Positions 1 through 12,022 are shown, counted from the first letter of the stretch. The stretch is 64,000 nucleotides of DNA from Octopus vulgaris (GCA_951406725.2 OX597822.1:68324001-68388000); one strand, 5' to 3'. Numbers and translations are program-made. Notes: generated from the letters alone by a model not told the origin.

Positions 1-11
1 TCGTACACTCT

Positions 12-52
<41 letters not shown>

Positions 53-56
<4 letters not shown>

Positions 57-163
57 GTTAATCCAAACAAGAAAACACCAAAAAACAACACAACGCGAGG
101 ACGTGGAACAAATATAGTATTATTGGACGCTCAGGAAAGAAGGAAAGAAGGAGGGTTTAACGT
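53..163 (-). mobile_element. Probable PLE pseudo-LTR fragment between (AT)n tracts
   Basis: gtattattggacgctcaggaaag resembles gtattagtttgacgctcgggaaag at about 2074, which lies beside a hammerhead-like motif; flanked by (AT)n. Confidence 0.4.
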
Positions 164-169
164 AATATT

Positions 170-242
<73 letters not shown>

Positions 243-304
243 AGAGAGAGAGATAGAGAGAGACAGACAGACAGGCAGGCAGACAGGCAGGCAGACAGGC
301 AGAC

Positions 305-367
<63 letters not shown>

Positions 368-1406
368 GATCTTAATCTAGAGCTGTTCCTGTCGCTAGAT
401 TTTAATATGAATATTCATATATATGTATGCATATGTGTATGCACATCTCTCTATGTATATATGTGTGTGTGTATGTGTACGTATGTAGGTAGGTATGTAG
501 ATAGGTTGGCAGGTAGGTTGGTAGGTAGGTAAGTAGGTAAGTAGGTAGGCAGGTACGCACGTGCGTACGTAGGAATAGATGTGTGTGTATGAGTATTTAT
601 GAGTGTGCATATGTATATGAACAGACATAGATTTATGGACACATACATTCACATGTATATACATACGTACCTACATACATTCGTATATACGACATACATG
701 CATCACAGTGGTATAAACAACATACACCTGTCTTAAATCATTTGAAACATTGCCAAAAAGACGAATAGATTCAATCAATTTTCTACCAGACTGGGTCGCA
801 GTAGACAAAATAACTTTGCCCAAGGAATTACCCTCTCACCTTTGAGACACCCTAGGATGTCACCAGGTCAAACGCAATACGTTAATCAACAAAGCAGACG
901 TTCCTTAATACTTATCGTCTGCTTTCTAGTCAATCTAAAAACTTCCTCGGGGAAAAAAATATAAACAAATAAACCGTATAGCCACCTACGTAAATTTATT
1001 CATTTATATTCCTCCTTACTATATTTCTGAAGTTAAAGCCGGAGAAATTTTTTTTTTATTAAGATTGTTTTTATTTTTCTTTGGTTTTGTTGTTTTGGGG
1101 GTTGTTTGTTTGTATTTTGTTGGGGGTTTCTTTTCTATATTTTGTTCTGTTCATAGAATATTGTTTTATATGAATCTACATAAAATGGAAATTGCGCGTC
1201 ATAATCAGAAATATTTTACTGTAATGCTTATTATCTCATCTTTCTTTAAAAATGTATGTGTGTACACCTATTTACCTGTTCATCTCAAGTATAATATATA
1301 CATACTATATATTTTTTATATATAATTATATATGTATATATAAATATTCTTATTTCTTATTCCCCGTCTGTCTTGATATATATATACGTATAGATAGATA
1401 GATACA

Positions 1407-1440
<34 letters not shown>

Positions 1441-1656
1441 CGTATAGATAGATAGATACACGTGTATATATATGGAGAGAGAGAGGCAGGTAATTGAATG
1501 AATTATCTTATTAAGAATAATTCGAAAGATAACCGATACCTGGGTAGCAAATTCACATCAGAAAGAACAAGGAATATGCAGCCTTCGAAACATATGTCGA
1601 GAATAAAGGATATTTGTTAACTAGTCGTTCAACTCCATTCTTTCATATACTTATAA

Positions 1657-1719
<63 letters not shown>

Positions 1720-1829
1720 GTTTATCTATGTAGCCAACATATACATACACGAACACATACATACAAACATATACCAGAGTAAACACAAACACATACATGC
1801 GAAAAAGAGGTGGAAAAAATTGTAGAGAA

Positions 1830-2007
1830 ATATGCTTTATTAAAAAGCAGCAACAATATCACAAAAAAACTATTACTCAGAGTTTCAGGTTCCCGTTCGT
1901 CGGACAGTTTTGTTTATCATTCTAAATAAAACTGTCTGACGAACGGGAACGTGAAACTCTAAGTAAGAGTTTTTGTGATATTTTTGATACTTTTTAATAA
2001 TGCATAT
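1830..2007. mobile_element. Fold-back (inverted) PLE pseudo-LTR carrying two hammerhead motifs
   Basis: Imperfect inverted arms 1830-1911 and 1928-2007, each containing a hammerhead core. Confidence 0.7.
1928..1973 (+). ncRNA. Minimal type I hammerhead ribozyme motif (PLE type), slightly decayed
   Basis: aaaactgt-CTGACGA-acg ggaa cgt-GAAA-ctctaagta-agagtttt. Mirror copy on the minus strand at 1866-1911 has core CCGACGA. Confidence 0.65.
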
Positions 2008-2032
2008 ATATGTATAGTAGAAATTTACAGAA

Positions 2033-2200
2033 AAAAACAAAATACGAATACAGGTGTATGAACAAGAAACAGGTGTATTAGTTTGACGCTCGGGAAAGTG
2101 AGAAAGTATTTTACGTTTCGAGCCTTCGCTCTTCAACAGAAAGGAATAAGAGAAAATATTCAGTGAGAATAAAAAACGTGTGGATTTAGTGATCAAGCAT
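2033..2200 (-). mobile_element. PLE pseudo-LTR fragment with variant hammerhead-like motif
   Basis: Minus strand 2111-2139 reads CTGTTGA-a-gagc gaag gctc-GAAA-cgta; a second copy of this family is at about 60280-60450. Confidence 0.55.
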
Positions 2201-2225
2201 GTGTATATATATATATATATATATA

Positions 2226-2402
2226 GGCGTAGGAGTGGCTGTGTGGTAAGTAGCTTGCTTACCAACCACATGGTTCCTGGTTCAGTCACACTGCGTGGCA
2301 CCTTGGGCAAGTGTCTTCTACTATAGTCTCGGGCCGACCAAAGCCTTGTGAGTGGATTTGGTAGGCGGAAACTGAAAGAAGCTCGTCGTATATATGTATA
2401 TA

Positions 2403-2457
<55 letters not shown>

Positions 2458-2687
2458 GGGGGGGTTATGTGTATGTTTGTGTGTCTGTGTTTGTCCCCCC
2501 AGCGTCGCTTGACAATCGATGCTGGTGTGTTTACGTCCCCGTAACTTAGCGGTTCGGCAAAAGAGACTGATAGAATAAGCACTAGGCTTACAAAGAATAT
2601 GTCCTGGGGTCGATATCTGCTCGACTAAAGGCGGTGCTCCAGTATGGCCGCAGTCAAATGACTGAAACAAGCAAAATAGTAAAGAGT
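2226..2687 (+). mobile_element. SINE family A (tRNA-like head, internal microsatellite), full length
   Basis: A-box-like tggctgtgtggt, B-box-like ggttcagtc, ccttgggcaagt motif, internal (AT)n, 3' part ending gactgaaacaag...aaagagt; about 18 related copies or fragments in the window. Confidence 0.9.
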
Positions 2688-2909
2688 ATATATATATATA
2701 TACACGTATATGCATATACGTATTGCAGTTTGTATATCTGTCAACATATTTTTATCTCTTCACCGACCCACCTCCCTCTGTCTGCCCTGCCTCTGTCCCT
2801 CTCTCTGCGCATAGCCGTCTTCCTGTCTTTTATATAATCAGATCATAATATAGCATCTCCTCTTTCTCTTTCTCCTCCTCCTCCCTAATATATACATATA
2901 CATATATAT

Positions 2910-3118
2910 ATCACTTTGATCACTTTGACCGACCAGTCCGTCAGGCGTCCATTTGACACCGCTGGTCACAGCACGCTGTCCACTCCTCTCTGGATCGCGC
3001 CTTTCTCATCCACGTGATCCCTAGACCATCAGATGTTGTTACACATCGCTGGTCACAATGCGTTCGCATTGTTTTAGCCTTCGAATGACGCCACCCCGCT
3101 GGATAAGCGAGCAGGCCA
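2910..3118 (-). mobile_element. 3' end of an RTE-like LINE
   Basis: Minus ORF ends ...ITWMRKARSREEW..., a typical RTE ORF2 C-terminal W..A..R..W pattern, followed by a short tandem tail caaagtgatcaaagtgat. Confidence 0.55.
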
Positions 3119-3339
3119 ATATATATATATATATACATATACATATTACTCTGGCTATTCCTCAACAGTTAATTCTTACCATTTATCATCATTTACAGCC
3201 TAATCGAAACAGATCAATCAGTCCAGGCATCCGCGCCCCAACTACTCATTTTTTTTTTCAACTGAATTATTTTGATTGTTTGTCTGTTTGTTTTATCATT
3301 TTCCTGCTGTTGCTTTTGTATGTTGTGTACAATTTTACT

Positions 3340-3940
<601 letters not shown>

Positions 3941-4302
3941 AACGGTGTCAAAAAATAAAGCACCTCTGATAAGAGAGCGAACCGTACGAGGTCCTATCTT
4001 ATTTGAAAGCTGGCTGACATGTAATTTAACAGACGCTTTTAAAAGGAATGCTGCCAAAACGAATACAAAGACTTGATCTTCAGTGACGTAACAGTGCTGC
4101 CATTAATAATACGGATTTTACTTATCACATTATTGGTTCCGTGCCAGAAAGTTGCTGGATTTGGATAAAACAATCGATAGAAATCGATTTGATCCCAGGT
4201 ACTTAGACTGGCTGGCATTTTATTTCATTTATTTCATTTAGAAACCAGTCCGAACTTCTATCTGGTGAGTCGACCTGCTGCAATTAGCAACCAAATCTCC
4301 AT

Positions 4303-4505
4303 CATGACAGAATCGTAAGCACACCGGGCGAAATGCTTAGCGGTATTTCGTCCCTTTTTATGTTCTAAGTTCAAATGCCGCCGGGGTCGACTTTGCTTTT
4401 CATCCTTTCAGGATCGATAAAATAAGTACCAGTTAGATGCTGGGGTTAGAATGGCCGACTTACATCCTCCTTTGAACTTTCTGGCCTTGTGCCAAAATTT
4501 GAAAT
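4303..4505 (+). mobile_element. SINE family B, tail type 2
   Basis: Head gcagaatcgtaagcacaccgggcgaaatg-like, body gtcgactttgctttcatcc, tail ggccttgtgcc. Confidence 0.8.
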
Positions 4506-4654
4506 TATCCTAACAGAAGCGTTAATGCATTTGACCAAAAGCCTTACGATAATTTTTCCGATTCATTGCGTTCTGAGTTCAAATTCTGCTAAAGTTCACT
4601 TTGTGCTTCTGCCTTCTTGGGAGAAAAAGGAATAATAGTAACAATAATAATAAG

Positions 4655-4878
4655 CCTTTCTACTAAAGGCACAAGGCCTGAAATTTTAGGGGAGGGGACT
4701 AGTCGATTACATCGACCCCAGTGTTTCACTAGTACTTAATTTATCGACCCCGAGAGGATGAAATGTAAAGATGTAAAGTCGACCTCGGCAGAATTTGAAC
4801 ACACACAAAGCAGTGACGGACGAAATACCGCTAAGCATTTTCGACCGGCGTGCTAACGACTCTGCCAGCTCACCGCCT
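4655..4878 (-). mobile_element. SINE family B, tail type 2
   Basis: Reverse complement of the family B consensus seen at 39872-40457. Confidence 0.85.
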
Positions 4879-4908
4879 TAATAACAATAATAATAACAAT
4901 AATAATAT

Positions 4909-4965
<57 letters not shown>

Positions 4966-4987
4966 AATAATGATAATGATGATGATG

Positions 4988-5076
<89 letters not shown>

Positions 5077-5077
5077 C

Positions 5078-5290
5078 CTTTCTACTATAGACACAAGGCC
5101 TGAAATTTGGGAGAGGGGATGAGTTGATTACAATCAACCCCAGTGTTTGACTGGTATTTAATTTATCGACCCCGAAAGGATGAAAGGTAATGTCGACCTC
5201 GGCGGAATTTGAACTCAGAACGTAGCGACAGGCGAAATAACGCAAAGCATTTCGCCTGGCGTGCTAATGATTCTGCCAACTCACCAGCCT
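5078..5290 (-). mobile_element. SINE family B, tail type 2, abutting an (AAT)n tract
   Basis: Reverse complement of the family B consensus. Confidence 0.85.
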
Positions 5291-5395
5291 AGATGAGCTG
5301 GCGGAATCCTCAAAGCATTGGACGGAGTATTTGGGGTTATTAGATCCAAATCTATGCGTTCTAAGTTCAAATTCCACTGAGATTAATTTCATCAT

Positions 5396-5760
5396 CTTTT
5401 ACTTGTTTCATTCATTGGACTGCGGCCATGCTGGGTCAGCACTTGGAAGAGTTTAGTCGAGCAAACTGACTCCAGCGTTTATATATTTTTAAGTCTGGTA
5501 CTTATTCTATCGATCTTTTATGCCAAGCTGCTAATTCACGGAGACTTAAACAAACCAACAAGCGGTGGGAGGACAAACACAAACACTCACACACACACAC
5601 ACACACACATATATATAGACATGTGAACCATGACGTTTTCCTCACTCCGGTTGTAGAGCGGTTATGTGCTCCGGCCATTTGAATCTGACGAGTCGCCTAT
5701 ACAGCTGAGCGCCTTGTAGGTGCGACACTAATGGTCGGTCTCTGACCGGTCATATCAAAC

Positions 5761-5855
<95 letters not shown>

Positions 5856-5995
5856 TATGATGGATTTCCGTCTAGCAAATTTACTCACAAGGCATTTATC
5901 AGTCTAGGTCTATTGTAGAAGACACTTGTCGCACAGTGGGACTGAACCTGAGTTCGCGTGGTTGCAAAACGAGCTTATTAACCACAGTCATGCCT
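5396..5995 (-). mobile_element. Diverged SINE family A with an insertion in its internal microsatellite
   Basis: 3' half at 5396-5585, 5' half at 5860-5995; unrelated segment at about 5620-5763. Confidence 0.75.
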
Positions 5996-6229
5996 CATGC
6001 TCCCGATGTCTATAAATGAAATATTACTCTAAGGTGTTTGATTGGTGGGACCCTCAACGCATTGCTTCCATTCTGAATTCAAATCCCACCGTGACCTACT
6101 TGAGTGAAACAGTTTGTCACTCCGTTTAATTTCAAACTCCTGCACACTTTGTCATTTGGGCCTTTAATATTGATAAGAACAGAAACAACAACGACAACAA
6201 CAATAACAACAATAATGATAATAATAATC

Positions 6230-6635
6230 TTTTCTACTACAGGCACAAGATCTGAATTTTGTGGAGAAGGGGACAGTCAATCACATTGACTCCAGTACTC
6301 AACTGGTACTTGATTTATCGATCCCGAAAGGATGAAAAGGAAAAAGTCGACCTCGGCGGAATTTGAATCCATAACGTATGGACGGACGAAATGCCGCTAA
6401 GCATTTTGCCCGGCGTGCTAACGATTTTGCGAGCTTTAAGGCTCGCTGCCTTAAAGATTAAATATTAATTTCTAATATAGGCACAATGCCTAAACTGAAA
6501 TTTTGGGGGGAAATTTCAGTTTTACATCGACCCCAATGTTCAACTGGTTCTTATTTTATCAACCCCAAAAGATGAAAGCCAAATCGACCTCGGCGGGATC
6601 TGAACTCATAACGTAAGGAGGGGCGAAATGCCATT
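6230..6635 (-). mobile_element. Two diverged SINE family B copies
   Basis: Two occurrences of atcga(c/t)cccgaaaggatgaaa...gacctcggcgg-like body. Confidence 0.8.
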
Positions 6636-6717
6636 AAGATTAAAATGATAATAGGCATTTGAGTTAATTGTTCTTTTTCCCACCGAATATTTTAATTAGA
6701 CCTTTGGTACTGCATTC

Positions 6718-7285
6718 CTTTCTACTCTAGGCACAAGGCCTGGCCTGAAATTTTGTGGGAAAAGGGCAAGTCGATTAGGTCGACCCCAGTACTCAACTGG
6801 TACTTAATTTATCAACCCCAACAGGATGAAAGGCAAAGTCAACCTCGGCAAAGTCAACCACCAGACGAAATACCTATTTCTTTACTGCCCGCAAGGGGCT
6901 AAACACAGGGGGGTCAAACAAGAACAGACAAACGGATTAAGTCGATTATATCGACCCCAGTGCGTAACTGGTACTTATTTAATCGACCCCGAAAGGATGA
7001 AAGGCAAAGTCGACCTCGGCGGAATTTGAACTCAGAACATAAAGACAGACGAAATACCAATTTCTTTACTACCCCCAAGGGGCTTAACACAGAGGGGTCA
7101 AAGAGGACAGACAAACAAGGACAGACAAAGGACAGACAAAGGACAGACATACTTACTTTATCGACCCCGAAAAGATGAAAGGCAAAGTCAACCTCGGTGG
7201 AATTTGAACTCAGAACGTAACGGCAGACGAAATACGGCTACGCATTTCGCCCGGCGTGCTAACGATTCTGCCAGATCGCCGCCAT
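6718..7285 (-). mobile_element. SINE family B multimer: head, two tail-1 units, terminal tail-2 unit
   Basis: Repeated body; junctions read gacgaaatacc-tatttctttact on the + strand. Confidence 0.85.
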
Positions 7286-7841
7286 AAAGATTAAAATACT
7301 AATAGGCATATGAGCTAATTGTTATCTTTTTCTCATCGCATAAATATTTTAATTAAACCTTGGGCACTAACTTTATTCTGTCACTTCATGTACCATTTCC
7401 AGAAAATGTATTTTCATGCCAAACTCTGAAGTTTCAGAACTTATCTTGGAAAAGATACAGCCTTCTGCAAACTTAAAAAAACTCTGTTAGCTTCCTGCTT
7501 TCTGTAATGCGCAGGGTCTATTTGTCCTTTAGGCAGGGGAGCTGGTTCACGAGACATCAGGGCATGTCCACCCATAGGTGGGCCTGTGTCACATGTCTAG
7601 TGGCTCAGCTCTCCAAGTCGTGCATGCCTTAACTACAAGACCACCTTCAGTTATTTGACCGGCAACTGGTTTTACTACCCAAGGTCAGAGTGGATGCAAA
7701 TGTATTGGTGACTAAGGGATAAGTCCATTCCCTTCAAAACTCCTGAACTCTTCAGCTGAAACCCCAAGATCGGATAGTTTAATGTTTTGCCCTGAATATG
7801 ATTGTATTAAATATGTTAAATAAGTTATAACTAAAGTGATA

Positions 7842-8018
7842 GATGCAGGTTTGAATGTGTAATAAAGAAGCTTACTTCCCAACCATGTAGTCTTCGGTTC
7901 AATCCCACTGCGCACCACCTTGGACAAGTATCTTCTTCTATAGCTCCGGGTTGACCAAAGCCATGTGAATGAACTTGGGAGTCGGAAACTGAAAGAAACC
8001 CTTCGTGTATTCATGTAT

Positions 8019-8080
<62 letters not shown>

Positions 8081-8129
8081 GGATGGATGGATGGATGGAT
8101 GGATGGATGGATGGATGGATGGATGGATG

Positions 8130-8189
<60 letters not shown>

Positions 8190-8427
8190 TGTGTGTGTGT
8201 TTTTGTGTGTGCCTTTGTATTTATGTTTGTCCCCCACCACCACTTGACAACTTGTGTTGGTTTGTTTATGTTCCCCTGACTTTGCAGTCCGGCAAAATAA
8301 ACCGATAGAATAAGTACCACACTTAATAAAAAATTAAACTCCGGGTTCGATTTGCTCAACTGAATCCTTCAAGGCGGTGTCCCAGCAGGTTCGCAGCTCA
8401 ATGACTGAAACAAGTAAAAGTAAAAGA
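7842..8427 (+). mobile_element. Diverged SINE family A with internal (AGAT)n/(GGAT)n
   Basis: Head, body and tail match the 2226-2687 copy. Confidence 0.8.
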
Positions 8428-9284
8428 TATGAAAAGCAAAATTAATTCTTGCAAGATCTGAACTTTAAAAAATGGACGAGGAATGATCTGTCTTCTCTTG
8501 AAACTAAGCCTTTAACTATTGATTTATAACAAACATTTGTAACAAAAAAGAAAACACCCTTAACGCTAAGTGATACTGCTGATACAGAAACGTTTGTCTA
8601 ACCTTTCGTTGCATTTGACTGACAGCAGGCGACCTTGTGTCGTCTGCTTATTCAAAAACAAATAAAATGCTCTCTCATTAATTTCGTAGTTCTTTAGCCT
8701 ATCTTTTTGCTTTGTTGTCTTCTTTCTTCTGTATGTCAACTAAACAGTCAACAGTGATATGGCTCCCTTGCAATCCGTTTCTCTAAGAAGTCTATTTTGG
8801 CCATTTTCCATGCAGTCTAGTGAAAAATCTTACGCAAAATTGCCAGCCAACTTACTTCGAGTTGGCTGGGATTTGTTATCACTCATGACGCCCACCACTG
8901 GAAGTGACGTTTTATTTTGGCCTCGTCCATTTGGAACAGCTCCAAAATCTTCAACCCATTTCAAGATAGTTGTTAAATCTTTGCATTTCTCTAATGCTCG
9001 CTTTCTTTTTCGTTGATATTGTCGCTGTGGTTGTATTTTAGGTGGGGGTTGAGGTTGATTGCGTTTTATAGCAACCATTATTCTCGTTTATTTTTCCATC
9101 CATTATGACGTCAGATAAATACGATTTCATTCTTAATATGAAACATATACACATATATGCATATATATATATATATATATACGCATACTTCTGTATGTGT
9201 GTGTGTGAGCGTATGTCAGTGTGTGTGTTTACAAATATACATGTACAAATATATATATATATATATATATGCCTATATTTACAA

Positions 9285-9332
<48 letters not shown>

Positions 9333-9477
9333 TTACATATATACACATGTATGCGCGCGCGTGTGTGCGTATATATATATATGTACACATACACATATGT
9401 GTATTTATGTATAAATATGTATATTCTTCTATACAAAATCATACACATCAGTGTATGTGTGTGTGTCTGCATGTGTC

Positions 9478-9521
<44 letters not shown>

Positions 9522-9754
9522 TACATACAAATGTGTATATATGTACATATATATATATAGATAGATAGATAGAGAGAGAGAGAGGGAGAGAGAGAGAGAG
9601 AGAGAGAGAATCATACATATATACATGCATACATACATACATACATACATACATATGCATATATATTTATAAACATATATGTTTGTATATAAATGTGCAT
9701 GTATCACTACCCCCACCACCCCTCCCACATCTAGCTCATCCACCCCCTCCCCAC

Positions 9755-10324
9755 TTCAATAAGGGTCTGCGCTTCATTCACCCCCTCCGCTCCATCCAGT
9801 AACGAATTTCAGAACTGTGCTGATATTCATAGCTAGGCTATATGCACCATTCCAAAACACTCCACCTCCATCTAATGAAGAGGACTGCTTCGCCGACCTG
9901 GGCGCCGACCATCCCACTGGACGCCAGCTCCTGGCCAGTTCCAAGCAGTTGATCACTTTACAAGCAGCTACCAATGTGTTGTGGGGCTGGTTTAACTTTC
10001 GCAGGCGCCCCCCGACATTTTTAACATCTCCTCCGCCGAACACTCGGCTCTTCGTTGTCTCCGACGCCGCAAAGACATCATCATAAAACTGGCTGACAAG
10101 GGTGGAGACTTGGTGGTGTGGCGCGCAGACCTCTACAAGGCTGAAGCTCTCCTCCAACTTCAAGACACCTCCTTCTATTGACCCCTGCCCTCTGGACCCA
10201 TGCCCAACTACCAACAGACTGTGTCCTCCACTATCCATGACCTCATCTCCTCTTCCCGTCTCCTTTCCAATGCCTCCAATCTCATTGTCCACACTCCACG
10301 CATCCCACCATTTACTTCCTTCCC
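9755..10324 (+). pseudogene. Penelope-like element reverse transcriptase N-terminal fragment (Neptune-like), with stop and frameshifts
   Basis: Manual translation from 10023: NISSAEHSALRCLRRRKDIIIKLADKGGDLVVWRADLYKAEALLQLQDTSFY*PLPSGP...TIHDLISS...PR, then TIYFLP after a frameshift. Matches the PLE motif DIVIKPADKGGAVVV..Y..EA..QL.D..FY. Upstream FNKGLRFI matches L.KGL.F.P. Confidence 0.85.
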
Positions 10325-10342
10325 ATATATATATATATACAT

Positions 10343-11695
10343 AGCAATAATAATTCTCTAAAAGAGATATAGACAGTAACTGCTCGATAACATAAGGGAC
10401 TAAAGCCATCTGAATATGGCTAGGGACAAGGCAGGGTGGTGGGGGTGTTACTGTTGCATTTAGCCCCAGGCGAACATCGACGTCACCAGAAAGGCTCGAC
10501 ACCGTCACGGTGTCCTTATCCTGCAAAGGGAGGTAATTCTCCGATGAAGCGGAAACCACACACGGACCATGGTTTCAAGGTGTATTGCCTATCGTCGGCG
10601 TGTGGTAGGCTTCCGCTTCCTCGACGAATTCTCACTCTGCAGGATATTCATATATAGATTTTCAAGCAAAATACATTTGCTGATTTCGAAAATCTGTTCG
10701 AAAGCAATAATAATTCTCTAAAAGAGATATAGACAGTAACTGCTCGATAACATAAGGGACTAAAGCCATCTGAATATGGCTAGGGACAGGGCAGGGTGGT
10801 GGGGGTGTTACTGTTGCATTTAGCCCCAGGCGAACATCGACGTCACCAGAAAGGCTCGACACCGTCACGGTGTCCTTATCCTGCAAAGGGAGGTAATTCT
10901 CCGATGAAGCGGAAACCACACACGGACCATGGTTTCAAGGTGTATTGCCATATTCAGATGGCTTTAGTCCCTTATGTTATCGAGCAGTTACTGTCTATAT
11001 CTCTTTTAGAGAATTATTATTGCTTTCGAACAGATTTTCGAAATCAGCAAATGTATTTTGCTTGAAAATCTATATGAATATCCTGCAGAGTGAGAATTCG
11101 TCGAGGAAGCGGAAGCCTACCACACGCCGACGATAGGCAATACACCTTGAAACCATGGTCCGTGTGTGGTTTCCGCTTCATCGGAGAATTACCTCCCTTT
11201 GCAGGATAAGGACACCGTGACGGTGTCGAGCCTTTCTGGTGACGTCGATGTTCGCCTGGGGCTAAATGCAACAGTAACACCCCCACCACCCTGCCTTGTC
11301 CCTAGCCATATTCAGATGGCTTTAGTCCCTTATGTTATCGAGCAGTTACTGTCTATATCTCTTTTAGAGAATTATTATTGCTTTCGAACAGATTTTCGAA
11401 ATCAGCAAATGTATTTTGCTTGAAAATCTATATATGAATATCCTGCAGAGTGAGAATTCGTCGAGGAAGCGGAAGCCTACCACACGCCGACGATAGGCAA
11501 TACACCTTGAAACCATGGTCCGTGTGTGGTTTCCGCTTCATCGGAGAATTACCTCCCTTTGCAGGATAAGGACACCGTGACGGTGTCGAGCCTTTCTGGT
11601 GACGTCGATGTTCGCCTGGGGCTAAATGCAACAGTAACACCCCCACCACCCTGCCCTGTCCCTAGCCATATTCAGATGGCTTTAGTCCCTTATGT

Positions 11696-11698
<3 letters not shown>
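10343..11698. repeat. 360-bp tandem array with internal inversion (about 1.7 units in one orientation, about 2.1 units in the other)
   Basis: 10343-10949 has period 360; 10947-11698 is the reverse complement with periods 358 and 360; GCC microhomology at 10947-10949; (AT)n on both flanks. Confidence 0.95.
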
Positions 11699-11760
<62 letters not shown>

Positions 11761-11761
11761 G

Positions 11762-11808
<47 letters not shown>

Positions 11809-11972
11809 TTATATATACATATATATACACACATATATATGTATGTATACATTTATATATACACGTATGTTATATACGTATATGTACATATGTATCTGTA
11901 TATATATACATACATATCTTTATATACACATAAATTTACATATATACATATACTTACATATATATGTTTGCG

Positions 11973-12015
<43 letters not shown>

Positions 12016-12022
<7 letters not shown>

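Noticed and set aside
1490-1660. Hammerhead at cgaaacatatgtc (about 1586)
   Set aside because: Only the GAAA and palindromic stem III half is visible with no upstream CUGANGA; probably decayed PLE sequence but not callable.
10541-10555. ccgatga-agcg-gaaa as a hammerhead core in the 360-bp unit
   Set aside because: Core has U4 changed to C, there is no room for stem II, no stem I or III, and the bases are part of the long rod stem.
10436-11649. Repeated 73-89 aa ORFs in the 360-bp array
   Set aside because: Short, start at non-ATG codons, occur on both strands and resemble no family I recognise; they recur only because the DNA is repeated.
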